The notes beneath the pieces are model-generated. The model made no database searches. It worked only from the letters and a program-made list of their open reading frames with translations, and had not been told where the DNA came from. This document shows, in pieces, positions 30,409 through 40,900 of a DNA stretch of 64,000 nucleotides. The translations under genes and the position numbers were made by a program. Within the stretch, counting starts at the first letter, position 1. Every line of letters starts with the position of its first letter. The stretch spans positions 992,001-1,056,000 of the forward strand of contig OZ242011.1 of NCBI GenBank assembly GCA_965204755.1, in the 5' to 3' direction. The DNA comes from Candidatus Marinacidobacterium sp. Lineage in GTDB: Bacteria; Acidobacteriota; Vicinamibacteria; Marinacidobacterales; Marinacidobacteraceae.

Positions 30409-30748
30409 CGTCGTCCTCCTGACGAGTGGCGGAATCGGCGCGCCGGCGACGGGTCGGCGAGCGGAATCCGCGCGATTTCCTCGTTTACTGGACGGATGGC
30501 CGGCGATTTCTGCTCACGAAAGCGCCCTCCAAGCCGCGAATTCGGATAAGTCGCGTTTCGGCGGCCGGTTCTTCGGCTCACGGCGACGCCGCGCCTCCGC
30601 TTCGGGGGAACCGGCGGGGGCGGGGAGCGTTCTTGCAGGGTGAGATGAGCGGCGGCGGCGGGAAACGGCGCACCGGTCGCCTCGCTTCCGCGTTCCGGCC
30701 GGCGGTCTCGCCGGCGGCGCCGTGATTCGCTCCCTTCCCCGCCCCGCC

Positions 30749-32266
30749 ATGTCCCGTTCCTCCGTCACCATCGCCGACCGGCGAACTACGCCCTACGGCG
30801 GCGCGGAGGACCGGCGGGCGGCCGGCGGACACGGACGCGCGGCGGGGGAGACGGTGGCGGTGGTCGGGGGCGGGACGGCGGCGCGGGAGGCGGCGCGCCT
30901 GCTTCGGGACGAGTCGCTCGGGGTGGTGGAGATCGGGGCGCTCGACGGCGAGCGAGGGGTCGAGACCCGAAGCGGCGCGGAATCGGCTCCCGAGCCGCTG
31001 GTCGGGGCCTCCGTGGTGGTGTTGGAGGCCGCCGACGCCAGCGGCGCGGCGGACGGGGCGGCGGAGGCGCAGTTGGAAGTCCTCTCACGGATCAGCCCGG
31101 AGGCGGCGGCGATCGTGCTGGCGCCGCCGGGGGCGGCTCTGCCGGACTACGACCGGCTGGGGCCGCACCGGCCGCGAGTGGTCTCGGCGCCGGTCACGCG
31201 GGAGTCGCTGCTCTCCGCGCTGGACGCGGCGCTCTCCTACCGCAACCTGCTGCGGGAGAACCGGGCGCTCCGCAGCGAGTTGCGGACGCATACCCGGCTC
31301 ACCGACTGGGTGGGGAGTTCCCCGGCGTCGGCGGCGATCCGGGGCGCGATCGTCACCGCCGCCTTCTCGGAGACGCCGGTCCTGCTCCTCGGCGAACCGG
31401 GGAGCGGACTGCGACTCGCGGCGGAGTTGGCGCACCGGCTCTCCCGGAGGGCCGCGCAGCCGTTCCTCGCGCTGGATGCGTCGAGCCTGCCGGCCGGGGA
31501 GTTGGGCCTCTTCTTCTCCGGGCTGCGGCGCGCCGCCGGCGTAGGACCGGGCGAAGGGCGGGCGGAACGCCGGGCCGGGGCAACGGTCGGCGACTCCGCC
31601 GCCGGGCCGCCGGGCAGCGTGTACCTGGGCGGGATCTCCGGGCTCGGAACCAACGACCAGGCGGCGCTCGAGGAAGCGCTGCGGCGGCCGCCCCCGTTCC
31701 GGCTGCTCGTTTCGGCGGACCCCGGGATCCGGACGCTGGCGCGGGAAGGGCGGTTTTCGCCCCGCCTCCTGCGGAAGTTGGAAGCGCTCGCGATCCGCGT
31801 CGCGCCGCTGCGGGAGCGGCGGGAGGATGTCCCGGAACTCACGCTCCACTTCCTCTCCGCGGCCTGCCGGGAGAAGGGGGTCGGGCCGTTCGGGATCCCC
31901 GAGGCGGCGATGCGGGCGTACGGCGCTTACCGCTGGCCCGGCAACACCGCGGAGTTGAAGGGGCGGGTGGGGCGCGCGGTGGCGATGGCGGCGGTCTCCC
32001 GGTTCGAGGGCGCCGTCCTGCCGGAGGCGCTCTGCCCGCTGCCCGAGACTCCGGGGGCGGCGGGGTTCGAGGGCGGCGCGGCGCGGCCGCTGAAGGCGGT
32101 AGTGAACGACTTCGAGAAGTCGCTCATCACCCGGGCGCTTCGCCGGTTCCGGGGCAACCAGAAAGAGACCGCGAAGGCGCTGGGCGTGAACCCGACGACG
32201 CTCCACGAGAAGATGAAGCGCCTCGGGCTGCTGCGGAGGAAGCGAACGCCCGAACCGGCGGCGTAG
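30749..32266 (+). CDS. Degenerate NtrC/sigma-54 activator-like regulator with Fis-type HTH
   Basis: PLRERRED, YRWPGNTAEL and GNQKETAKALGVNPTTLHEKMK are present; Walker A/B and GAFTGA are altered or absent. Confidence 0.8.
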   Translation: MSRSSVTIADRRTTPYGGAEDRRAAGGHGRAAGETVAVVGGGTAAREAARLLRDESLGVVEIGALDGERGVETRSGAESAPEPLVGASVVVLEAADASGAADGAAEAQLEVLSRISPEAAAIVLAPPGAALPDYDRLGPHRPRVVSAPVTRESLLSALDAALSYRNLLRENRALRSELRTHTRLTDWVGSSPASAAIRGAIVTAAFSETPVLLLGEPGSGLRLAAELAHRLSRRAAQPFLALDASSLPAGELGLFFSGLRRAAGVGPGEGRAERRAGATVGDSAAGPPGSVYLGGISGLGTNDQAALEEALRRPPPFRLLVSADPGIRTLAREGRFSPRLLRKLEALAIRVAPLRERREDVPELTLHFLSAACREKGVGPFGIPEAAMRAYGAYRWPGNTAELKGRVGRAVAMAAVSRFEGAVLPEALCPLPETPGAAGFEGGAARPLKAVVNDFEKSLITRALRRFRGNQKETAKALGVNPTTLHEKMKRLGLLRRKRTPEPAA

Positions 32267-32304
32267 CGCGGCCTCCGCCGCCCCGGCGGCCCCCGTACGC
32301 AGGA

Positions 32305-32333
32305 AAACCCGGCGGGACGGACCCGCCGGGTTT
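32305..32333. terminator. Hairpin between convergent genes, probably a bidirectional terminator
   Basis: AAACCCGGCGGG-acgga-CCCGCCGGGTTT, a perfect 12-bp stem. Confidence 0.7.
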
Positions 32334-32400
32334 CGCCGGAGGAGAAGACCGACGACCGGGCGCCGCCTGCGGGGGCGCCCGGCTCAGCCGGAGGCGGGCG

Positions 32401-32961
32401 TTACTTCTCGGTGATGCGGAAGTGGGCGCGCCGGTTCTGCATCCAGCACTCCTCGTTCGAGTCGGTGCACTGGGGGCGCTCCTTCCCGTAACTCACCATG
32501 CGGAGGCGGCTCTCGGGCACGCCGAGTGAAGTCAGGAAGTCCATCGCGGCCCGCGCGCGGCGCTCGCCGAGCGCCTGGTTGTACTCGACCGTGCCCCGCT
32601 CGTCGCAGTGGCCTTCGATCTCGATCATCGCGGACACATAGGGACGCTGCAGCCAGTCGGAGTTCGCCCGGAGGGTGCTCTGCGCCGAGTCGGTGAGTTC
32701 CGACATGTCGTAGTCGAAGTGGATGTCCGACAGGTTGCGCTGCAGTTCCATCATGTCTGCGTCGAGATACATGTCCCGCTCGGTGGGCTCCGGCGGCGGC
32801 GGCGGCGGAGGCGGCGGAGGCGGCGGCGGAGGCGGCGGAGGCGGCGGAGGCGGCTCCTCCGGCGGAGGCGGCGGCGGGGGAGGCTTGGAGCACGCGGTCA
32901 GGGCGAGCCCGAAGCCGGCTGCCAGACTGAGGAGCAGCAGCAGGGCGAGAACTTTCTTCAC
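32401..32961 (-). CDS. pal: Peptidoglycan-associated lipoprotein (OmpA-like domain) with poly-Pro linker
   Basis: Lipobox LTAC, IHFDYD, IEGHCDERGTVEYNQALGERRA, SYGKE, NRRA. GGAGG RBS before the GTG. Confidence 0.9.
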   Translation of the reverse strand: MKKVLALLLLLSLAAGFGLALTACSKPPPPPPPPEEPPPPPPPPPPPPPPPPPPPPPEPTERDMYLDADMMELQRNLSDIHFDYDMSELTDSAQSTLRANSDWLQRPYVSAMIEIEGHCDERGTVEYNQALGERRARAAMDFLTSLGVPESRLRMVSYGKERPQCTDSNEECWMQNRRAHFRITEK

Positions 32962-33004
32962 CTGAGACCTCCGGGGCAACGGAAAGACAAGGTTGGCCGG
33001 GGAG

Positions 33005-33032
33005 AGTATCGGAATCGTCCGTATGGCGTCAA
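33005..33032 (-). promoter_or_regulatory. Candidate sigma-70 promoter of pal
   Basis: TTGACG-16 bp-GATACT on the minus strand. Confidence 0.35.
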
Positions 33033-33109
33033 CGAGTTGTGCGGGCGCAAGTCCCTTCGTCGTCCCCCGTCGAAGACGGCGCGTGACCCGGCGGAGCGGG
33101 GACCGCGGG

Positions 33110-33916
33110 TCAACGGCGGGCGCTTTCGGTCTCTTCGCGGATGCGGCGGGCGGCGGCGGCGGGGTCGGGGCTGCGCGTGATGGCGCGGCCGACGACCAGG
33201 TAGTTCGCGCCCCGGCGGGCGGCTTCGGCGGGGGTGGCGACGCGGCGCTGGTCGTGGGTTTCGCCCGCCCAGGAGGGGCGGACGCCGGGGACGAGGAGCA
33301 CCGGGGCGTCGCCGAGCCGTTCGCGGAGGAGGGGCGCCTCCTCGGCGGAAGCGACCACCCCGTCCGCGCCGGCTTCGACGGAGAGCGCGGCCAGGCGGAG
33401 GACCTGGTCGGCGATGGAGACGCCGGGGAAGACTTCGGAGGCCGCCGGCGGGTCGAGGTGGGTGAGCACCGTTACCGCGAGCAGGAGGGGGCGGTCGCCG
33501 GGCGCCCGCGGCGGCGGCGAACCGGCGGCGAGTGGGCGCGGCGGTTCGCGGAGGGCGGCGGCGGCGGCTTCGATCATGGGACGGCCGCCGGAGGCGTGGA
33601 GGTCCACCAGGTCCGCGCCGAGGGCGGCCGCCGAGCGGACCGCGCCGGCGACCGTCGCCGGGATGTCGTGGAACTTCAGGTCGAGGAAGACCCGGCCGGC
33701 GTCCGCGAAGGCGGCGACCGCGCGGGGGCCGGCGGCGGTGAAGAGTTCCTTGCCGATCTTGAAGAAGTCGGCCGCGTCCCCGAGCCGGTCGCGGAGGCGG
33801 AGGGCTTCGTCGAGGTCGCCGGTGTCCACGGCGACCACCAGCCGCCCGGCGCCGGGGGGCGCGACCCAGTCCGGCAGCGGAAGGGGGGCGGGGCCGGGAA
33901 TATGACCGGGAGTCAT
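33110..33916 (-). CDS. pyrF: Orotidine-5'-phosphate decarboxylase
   Basis: FLDLKFHDIPATV, VTVLT, PGVR, DQRR, VVGRAI. Confidence 0.95.
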   Translation of the reverse strand: MTPGHIPGPAPLPLPDWVAPPGAGRLVVAVDTGDLDEALRLRDRLGDAADFFKIGKELFTAAGPRAVAAFADAGRVFLDLKFHDIPATVAGAVRSAAALGADLVDLHASGGRPMIEAAAAALREPPRPLAAGSPPPRAPGDRPLLLAVTVLTHLDPPAASEVFPGVSIADQVLRLAALSVEAGADGVVASAEEAPLLRERLGDAPVLLVPGVRPSWAGETHDQRRVATPAEAARRGANYLVVGRAITRSPDPAAAARRIREETESARR

Positions 33917-34875
33917 GTTGCGTCTCCGAAGTCCAGGGCGCCGGTGAGATCCCTGAGCGCGGCGACCCGGTGGCGGAGGCAGTAGGCGCGGAGGTCGTCG
34001 AGCGTGCGGCGCCAGACGCCGGGGTCCACGAAGTTCATCGTCCCGATCTGCACCGCCGAGGCGCCGGCGAGGAAGAACTCCAGGGCGTCCTCGGCGCCGG
34101 CGATCCCGCCCATCCCGATCACCGGCAGGCCGGGCGCGCCGCGGAAGACCTCCCAGACCATGCGGACGGCGATCGGCCGGACCGCCGGGCCGGAGAGGCC
34201 GCCCACGATGTTGGCGAGGCGGGGGCGTCGGGTCTCCACCTCCACCGACATCGCCGGGATGGTGTTGATCAGCGAGACCGCGTCGGCGCCGGCTTCGCGG
34301 ACGCGGCGGGCGACGGCGGCGAGGTCCGGCGCGCTCGGGCTCAACTTGGGGATGACCGGGAGGGTGGTGCCGCGGCGGACGACTTCGGTGGCGCGCGCGG
34401 CGGCGGCGGGGTCGCGGCCGAACTCGATGCCGCCCTCCGCCACATTGGGGCAGGAGATGTTGATCTCGATCCCGTGGACGCCCTCCGCGTCGTCGAGGAT
34501 GCGGGCGAGTTCCGCGTACTCCTCGAGCGAACTGCCGCAGATGTTCGCCAGGAGCACTTTGCCGAGGGCGCGGACGGCGGGGAGTTTCGCCGCCAGGAAC
34601 TCGCGGATGCCGACCTCCTGGAGGCCGATGGCGTTCAGCATCCCCGACGGGGTCTCCCAGATGCGGGGCGGCGGGCAGCCGGGGCGGGGCTCCAGGTAGA
34701 GGCCCTTCGCGCTGACCGCGCCGATGGCGGAGTAGTCGGCGACGCCGCGGTACTCGTCGCCGTAGCCGAAGGTGCCGCTCGCGGCGATGAGCGGGGTGGG
34801 GAGGCGAAGGCCGGCGACTTCGACGGAGAGGTCGGGCTCGGGCGCCGGCGGGCGCGGATCGGCGGGCGGGGTCAC
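33913..34875 (-). CDS. pyrD: Dihydroorotate dehydrogenase, family 1B catalytic subunit
   Basis: ASGTFG, NAIGL, INISCPN, KLSP, LINT, GGLSG. Confidence 0.95.
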   Translation of the reverse strand: MTPPADPRPPAPEPDLSVEVAGLRLPTPLIAASGTFGYGDEYRGVADYSAIGAVSAKGLYLEPRPGCPPPRIWETPSGMLNAIGLQEVGIREFLAAKLPAVRALGKVLLANICGSSLEEYAELARILDDAEGVHGIEINISCPNVAEGGIEFGRDPAAAARATEVVRRGTTLPVIPKLSPSAPDLAAVARRVREAGADAVSLINTIPAMSVEVETRRPRLANIVGGLSGPAVRPIAVRMVWEVFRGAPGLPVIGMGGIAGAEDALEFFLAGASAVQIGTMNFVDPGVWRRTLDDLRAYCLRHRVAALRDLTGALDFGDAT

Positions 34876-35759
34876 AGCGGGTGCGGGTCGCGGGTCCAGA
34901 CGATCCGGTCGGCGTCGAAGACCGGGCCTTCGGTGCAACTGCGGAGGTATTCCGGGGGCTCGCCGGGCGAAGGCGCGGCCCAGACCACGCAGCCGAGGCA
35001 GCAGCCCATGCCGCAGCCCATGCGGCGTTCGATGGAGACCTGGTGCGGGACGCCGGCGGCCGCGCCGAGTTCGGCGGCGCGGAGGAGCATCCCGGTGGGG
35101 CCGCAGGAATAGAGCGCGGGGCGTCCGGCGTCGGCCAGGGCGCCGTCCAGGAGTTCGGTGACGAAGCCGCGGCGGCCGGCGCTGCCGTCCTCGGTGGCGC
35201 AGCGGACCTCCATGCCGAAGTCGGTGAAAGCGTCGCGGAGGTAGAGGTCTTCCGCCGTCCGGCCGCCGAGCAGCACCAGGGCGCGGCGGCCGGCGTCGCG
35301 CAGCGCCCGGCAGAAGAGGACGAACGGGGCGATGCCGACGCCGCCGGCGACGATGACCGGAGTCCGGTCGGCTGACGGCCGGCGGAAGACCGTGCCCAGC
35401 GGGCCGAGGCAGTCCGCTTCCCCGCCGGGTTCGAGCCGGGCGAGGGCGCGGCTGCCGGCGCCGAACTCCTTGACCAGCAGGGAGAAGCCGGCGGACTCCG
35501 GGGCCCGGTCGCAGTAGGAGTAGGGGCGGCGGAGGAGGCCGGCGCCGGCGAGCCGGAGCATCGCGAACTGGCCGGGAAGCGGGGAGTCTCCCGGCCCCGG
35601 CCCCGACCCCGACTCCGCCGGCGGGGAAACCGGCGCGAAGTGGAGCAGGCAGGCGTCGCGGGACAGCGGCTCCTTCCGCTCCAGCCGGACGCGGAGGTCG
35701 CGGCGGCGCGGCGGCGCGTCGGCGGGCCCCGGCGGGTTCGCGGACAGTGGGGAGGTCAG
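34872..35759 (-). CDS. pyrK: DHODH electron-transfer subunit
   Basis: RRPYS, GPLG, GGVGIAP, CGP, MGCGMGCCLGC, CTEGPVF. Start uncertain. Confidence 0.9.
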   Translation of the reverse strand: MTSPLSANPPGPADAPPRRRDLRVRLERKEPLSRDACLLHFAPVSPPAESGSGPGPGDSPLPGQFAMLRLAGAGLLRRPYSYCDRAPESAGFSLLVKEFGAGSRALARLEPGGEADCLGPLGTVFRRPSADRTPVIVAGGVGIAPFVLFCRALRDAGRRALVLLGGRTAEDLYLRDAFTDFGMEVRCATEDGSAGRRGFVTELLDGALADAGRPALYSCGPTGMLLRAAELGAAAGVPHQVSIERRMGCGMGCCLGCVVWAAPSPGEPPEYLRSCTEGPVFDADRIVWTRDPHPL

Positions 35760-37510
35760 GACTCGCGGGAGGTGACGCGGTTCGCTTCGGCGAGCGTGGT
35801 GCGCCCGGCGGCGACCGCGGCGAGGGCGTTCGCGCGGAGGGAGGTCATCCCGTCCCCTTCCGCCGTTTCGCGGATCTGCGGGCCGCCGCGCCGGGCGAGG
35901 ATCATCTCCCGCACCGCCGGGCTCAGCGGCAGCACCTCGCTCACCGCGGTCCGGCCGCGAAAGCCGCGTCCGTCGCACCGGCGGCAGCCCCCGGGCCGGA
36001 AGACGCTCTCTACCGGGAAGCCGGCGGCGTCCAGCGTGGAGCGCTCGCGCCCGTCCGGCGGCTCCGGGCGGCGGCAGTCGGCGCACAGCAGCCGCAGCAG
36101 CCGCTGGGCGGCGATGCAGTGGAGGGCGGAGACGAAGTTGTGCGGGTCGGCGCCCATGTGGAGGAACCGGCCGATCACATCGAAGGCGTGGTTCGCGTGG
36201 ACGGTGGTCAGCACCAGGTGGCCGGTCAGCGCCGCCTGCACCGCGATGGAGGCGGTCTCCGGGTCGCGGACTTCACCGACCATGATCGTGTCCGGGTCGT
36301 GGCGGAGGATGGAGCGGAGGCCGCGGGCGAAGGTGAGGCCCTTCTTCTCGTTCACCGGCACCTGGGTGACGCCGGCGATCTCGTATTCCACCGGATCCTC
36401 GATGGAGACGATCTTGGCCTCGGAGGTGGCGATCTCCGAGAGCGCGGCGTAGAGCGTGGTGGTCTTGCCGCTGCCGGTGGGGCCGGTGACCAGGAACATC
36501 CCGAAGGGGCGGCGGGTGTGTTCGCGGATGACTTCGAGTTCGCGGCCGGCGAAGCCGAGGGCGTCGAGCGAGAGCGCCTCGAACCGGGAGCCGAGGCTCT
36601 GCTTGTCGAGGACGCGGATCACCACATCCTCGCCGTGGACGCTCGGCATCACCGAGACCCGGAAGTCCACGGTGCGGGGCGCCCCGCCCGCGCCGCCGGG
36701 GACGAGCGCGCGGAACCGGCCGTCCTGGGGGACCCGCCGCTCCGCCACATCGAGTTCCGCCATGACCTTGAGCCGGGCGGCGATCGTCCCGTGGTAGGCG
36801 GCGCTCACCGGATCCATCGCCGGGTAGAGGACGCCGTCCACCCGGTACTTGAGGACGACTTCCTCCGCCCGGGTCTCGATGTGGATGTCCGTGGCGCGGC
36901 GCTCGATGGCGTTCACCAGCAGCGAGTCCACCAGCCGGACGACCGGGCTGCCGCCCTGGGGTTGTTCCAGCGACTCCAGCGAGATGACCGGTGTCCCGGC
37001 GCCGGCTTCCGCCCCGGCGAGGCGTTCGATGCGGAGGTCTTCGGAGGCCCGGTCGAGGAGGAAACTGGAGTTGGTGTTCCGCTCGATGATCGCGGCGATC
37101 CGCTCGGCGTCCCCGGTATGGACGGTGAGCGGACGCCCGAGCAGGAGTTCCAGCCGGTCGGTCTCCCGCTCGTCCACCGGCGGGGCGACCGCCACCGCGA
37201 GGCGCTCGCCGTCCTCCGCGAGCGGGACGAAACGGAACCGGCGCACCAACTCCATCGGGACGGCGCGCCAGAGCGCGACCTCGTCGCGGTACGCGGAGAG
37301 GTCGGCGACGGGATAGCCGCCGCCGTTTCCGCCGGCGCGGGCGGACGCGGGCGGGCGCGGGCCCGCCTCCGGCGAAGCGGACCCGGGGGACTCCGCCGAT
37401 GACAGCGAAGACGGGGAAGACGGGGAACCCCCCGCGAAGACCCCCCGCGGCGCGGCGGCCCGCGACCGGACCGGCGACAGGGCGCCGGCCGTTTCCGGCC
37501 GGCGGACTAC
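35756..37510 (-). CDS. GspE/PilB-family secretion ATPase
   Basis: ATDIHIE, PQDG, TGPTGSGKTTTLY, EDPVE, LRHDPD, GHLVLTTVH. Start uncertain. Confidence 0.9.
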   Translation of the reverse strand, partial: VVRRPETAGALSPVRSRAAAPRGVFAGGSPSSPSSLSSAESPGSASPEAGPRPPASARAGGNGGGYPVADLSAYRDEVALWRAVPMELVRRFRFVPLAEDGERLAVAVAPPVDERETDRLELLLGRPLTVHTGDAERIAAIIERNTNSSFLLDRASEDLRIERLAGAEAGAGTPVISLESLEQPQGGSPVVRLVDSLLVNAIERRATDIHIETRAEEVVLKYRVDGVLYPAMDPVSAAYHGTIAARLKVMAELDVAERRVPQDGRFRALVPGGAGGAPRTVDFRVSVMPSVHGEDVVIRVLDKQSLGSRFEALSLDALGFAGRELEVIREHTRRPFGMFLVTGPTGSGKTTTLYAALSEIATSEAKIVSIEDPVEYEIAGVTQVPVNEKKGLTFARGLRSILRHDPDTIMVGEVRDPETASIAVQAALTGHLVLTTVHANHAFDVIGRFLHMGADPHNFVSALHCIAAQRLLRLLCADCRRPEPPDGRERSTLDAAGFPVESVFRPGGCRRCDGRGFRGRTAVSEVLPLSPAVREMILARRGGPQIRETAEGDGMTSLRANALAAVAAGRTTLAEANRVTSRES

Positions 37511-37511
37511 T

Positions 37512-37787
37512 TCAGTCGCAGCAGTCGGACTGGAAGGGCTTCGCGGGCTTGACGCGGACCACATCCCGCGCCGGGATCTGGATCGCCTCGCCGGTCTGGA
37601 CATTCCGGCCGGTGCGCGCCTGGCGGTGGCCGATCGTGAACCGGCAGATGCCGGGAAGGACGAAGGGCTCCCCGCTGCGCAGTTCGTCGACGGCGGCGGC
37701 CCGCAACTCGTCGAGACAGTCCGTCGCCTGGCGGCGGGTGATCTCGGCCGCGTCGGCGAGGCGACCGATGAGTTCCGCTTTGGTCAT
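37512..37787 (-). CDS. HU-family DNA-binding protein
   Basis: MTKAELI...ARTGRNVQTGEAIQIPA; AAGGAG RBS. Confidence 0.9.
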   Translation of the reverse strand: MTKAELIGRLADAAEITRRQATDCLDELRAAAVDELRSGEPFVLPGICRFTIGHRQARTGRNVQTGEAIQIPARDVVRVKPAKPFQSDCCD

Positions 37788-37971
37788 GTACGAGGGGCTC
37801 CTTCCCTACGGTGTCCGCTGACTCTCGCCCGGCGGTTGTTTGTGGAGTGGGTTCGCGCGCGGCGGACGGGGCCGCGCCGCGGGCAAGCGAGTATGCCACA
37901 GGAAGCGCCCCGGCGGACGACCGAACGCGGGATTTTTTCCCGCGGAACGGGAGCGTTCGGCGGAGCGGTGT

Positions 37972-40900
37972 TCACTGCGACAGGAGTTGGTCGAGGGTGG
38001 CCAGCCGACCGTTCCGGACGACGGCCCGGACGCGCCGGAGCGCGGTGAGGTCTTCGAGCGGGTCGCCGTCGAGCAACACCAGGTCGGCGAGCGCGCCCGG
38101 GGCGACCACGCCGAGTTCGCCGGCGAGACCCAGCGCTTCCGCGGCGCCCGCGGTCGCGGTCCGCAGCGCGCCGGCGGCGCCGAGGCCGGCTTCGGCGAGT
38201 TGCTCGATCTCCAGGATCAACCCGAGTCCGTAGGGGACGATCGGGGTGTCGGTGCCGGCGATGACGCGGGCGCCGGCCTCGTGGACGGCGGCGATGGTTT
38301 CCCACATCGGGCGCATCAGTTCGAGCCGCTCCGCCGGGTCGCCGGGGTTTTCGAGCGGGGCGACGAGGCGGGTGGCCAGCCAGTGCGGCAGCGCGTGGAT
38401 CCGGCGGTCGGTCTCCAGCAGGGTCGGCTCGCGGGCGAGGGCGAGGTCCCAGCCGCCGTAGATCAGCAGCGTCGGGGTGAAGAAGACGCCGGACTCGACG
38501 AGCAGCGACCGGACATCGGCGTACGAGCGGCCGAGGTCGGTGATCTTCGGGGAGAAGCCGCGGCGGGAGGTGCCCTTCAGGTGCTCGATGCCGCTGATGC
38601 CGTAGCGGACCGCCGGGTAGATCTCGTGGGAGGAGACGAAGAGGCCGCGGCGGCGGGCGCGTTCGACCGCGTCCTTCTGGGAGGCGTCGTCGAGGCGGAC
38701 ATAGGTCTTGAGGAGGTCGTAGTCGAGTTCCTCGGCTTGGCGGAAGGCGGCGTCGGCGCCGGGGCCGCCGGCGGAGGGGGCGGAGCCCGGGTAGTAGATG
38801 CGGCTGCCGTCCAGCGTGGCGCCGGTGAGGAAGAGGCGGGGGCCGACGCGGCGGCCGGCGAGGATGGCTTCCCGTTCGGCGACCGCGCGGTAGGGGGCGG
38901 CGGCGGTGATGCGGACCGAGGTGATGCCGTAGGCGAGGTGCGCGCGTCCGAACCGGTTCCCGAAGGCGGCGCCCATCGGGTGGGTGTGCATCTCGATCAG
39001 GCCGGGGATCAGGGTCGCGCCGTTCGCGCGGATGACGCGGAGGTCTTCGTCGGTCGGTTCCGCGGCGGGTTCGACGGAGACGATGCGGCCGGCTTCGATG
39101 AGGACTTGGCGGTCGGGGGTGGTTACGCCGGCTTCGGGGTCGAAGACGCGGACGCCGTGGAGGAGCAGGCGGCCGGCGGGCGCCGGGACGGTGTAGGCGT
39201 GGCGGAGGGGGATTTCCTCGGGATCGCCGCCGGCGGCGGGTATGCGGAGGAGGCGGGCGCCGGAGAGGAAGGTGAGGTGTTCGCCGTCGGCGGTCCACGC
39301 CGGGTAGTCGGCGGGGCCTTCGTAGATGGTCTCGAGTTCGGCGGCGGGGGTGTGGTCGGGGGCGAGGGGGAGGACGGCGAGGCCGCCGTCGAGGGCGAAG
39401 GCGAGGGCGCGGCCGTCGGGGGCCCAGACCGGGCCGTCGGAGTCGCGGATGCCTACGGAGGCGCGGGGTTCTTCGAGGAGGCGGGCTTCGCCGGTGTCGG
39501 CGGCGACGAGGGCGATGCGGTTCCAGCCCTCGCGGAAGCGGGTGGAGAAGGGGGAGAGGACGGAGGTGGCGACGGTTTCGCCGTCGGGGCTCCAGTGGGG
39601 GGCGCCGAGGCCGCGGCGGCCGCGGTAGAGGACTTGGTCGGGGTCGGTCGGGGTCGGGGTGGGAGCGGTGTTCGCGGGGCCGTCGGTCGGGGGGACGCGG
39701 GCGGCGAGGCGGAGGTTGCCGGACTCGTCGAGGTAGGCGATGCGGGCGCCGTCCGGGGAGAGCGCCGGGGCGGTTTCGGCGCCGAGGCGGGTGGTGAGTT
39801 GGGTGAGGCCGGCGCCGGGGGCGGAGTCGGCGCGTTTCTCCCAGAGGTCCATCGTGCCCCGGCGGTCGCTGGCGAAGATGACGCTTTGGCCGTCGGGGGT
39901 CCAGATGGGGTCGGTGTCTTCGTAGCCGTCGCGGGTGAGGGGTCTGGGGGCTTCGGGGGTCTCGGCGTCGAGGGCGAGGAGCCAGAGGTCGCCGAGGGCG
40001 GCGTAGAGGAGGGTCTTTCCGTCGGGGCTGAGGGTGGGGCGGACGATGCCGCGGACCGGTTGCGGGTCTTCGGTTTCCGTGCGGATGCGGCCGGGGCGGA
40101 CGCGGGGGGCGCGGACGGCGAGTTCCGCGGTGAAGGGGACTGTGGCGGGGGTCGGGTCGGCGGGTTCGGGGGCGGCGGGGGTCGGCGGGGCGGCGAGGCG
40201 GGTGATGCGGCCGTCGGCGGTGTAGAGGAGCGTGTCCTCGTCGAGCCACTGCGGGCGGAAGGGGAAGATGTCTTCGCCGGCGGTCGGGAGGACGGTCGGG
40301 GGGGCGGGGGCGTCGTTCGCGGCGTTCCCATCGCCGGGGGGCGGCGTCCGCTCGTCGTCGAGGGGGGCGAGGGCGAGTTCGCTCGCCGTGCCGAGGTCGA
40401 AGCGGGAGCCCATGAGGGTGAGGCCCTCGTAGCGGAGTCGGCGGAAGGCCACGCGGGCGCCGTCGGGGCTGACCGCCGGGGCGGCGACCTTGCCGGCGGT
40501 CTGCGGGATTTCGCGGGGGGCGGGGGCGTCGGGGGCGAGCGGGTGGTGGCGGAGGGCGCCGTCGGCGGCGCCTTCGGGGGTCGCCACATAGACGAGGGCG
40601 GCGCCGTCGGGCATCCAGGCGGGTTCGCTTTCGTTGCCGAGGGCGGAGGTGAGTTGGGTGAGGCCGCCGGTTTCGAGGTCGTGGAGCCAGATGTCGTAGG
40701 TGCCGCCGCGGTCGGAGGAGAAGGCGACGCGCGTCCCGTCGGGGGAGACGGCGGGCTCCCGGTCGTCTCCTTCGCCGTCGGTGAGTCGCTCGGGAGTGGT
40801 TGCGGTCCGGAGGTCGGGGGGCGGGGTATCTGCTGCTGCGGCTTCGTCGGTCGCCGTCGCCGCGTCGGGGCGCGGCGGCAGGGCGAGCGCCCAGAGGTCC

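Noticed and set aside
32790-32882. GGC/GGA microsatellite as a contingency locus
   Set aside because: In-frame poly-proline linker of Pal with mixed codons.
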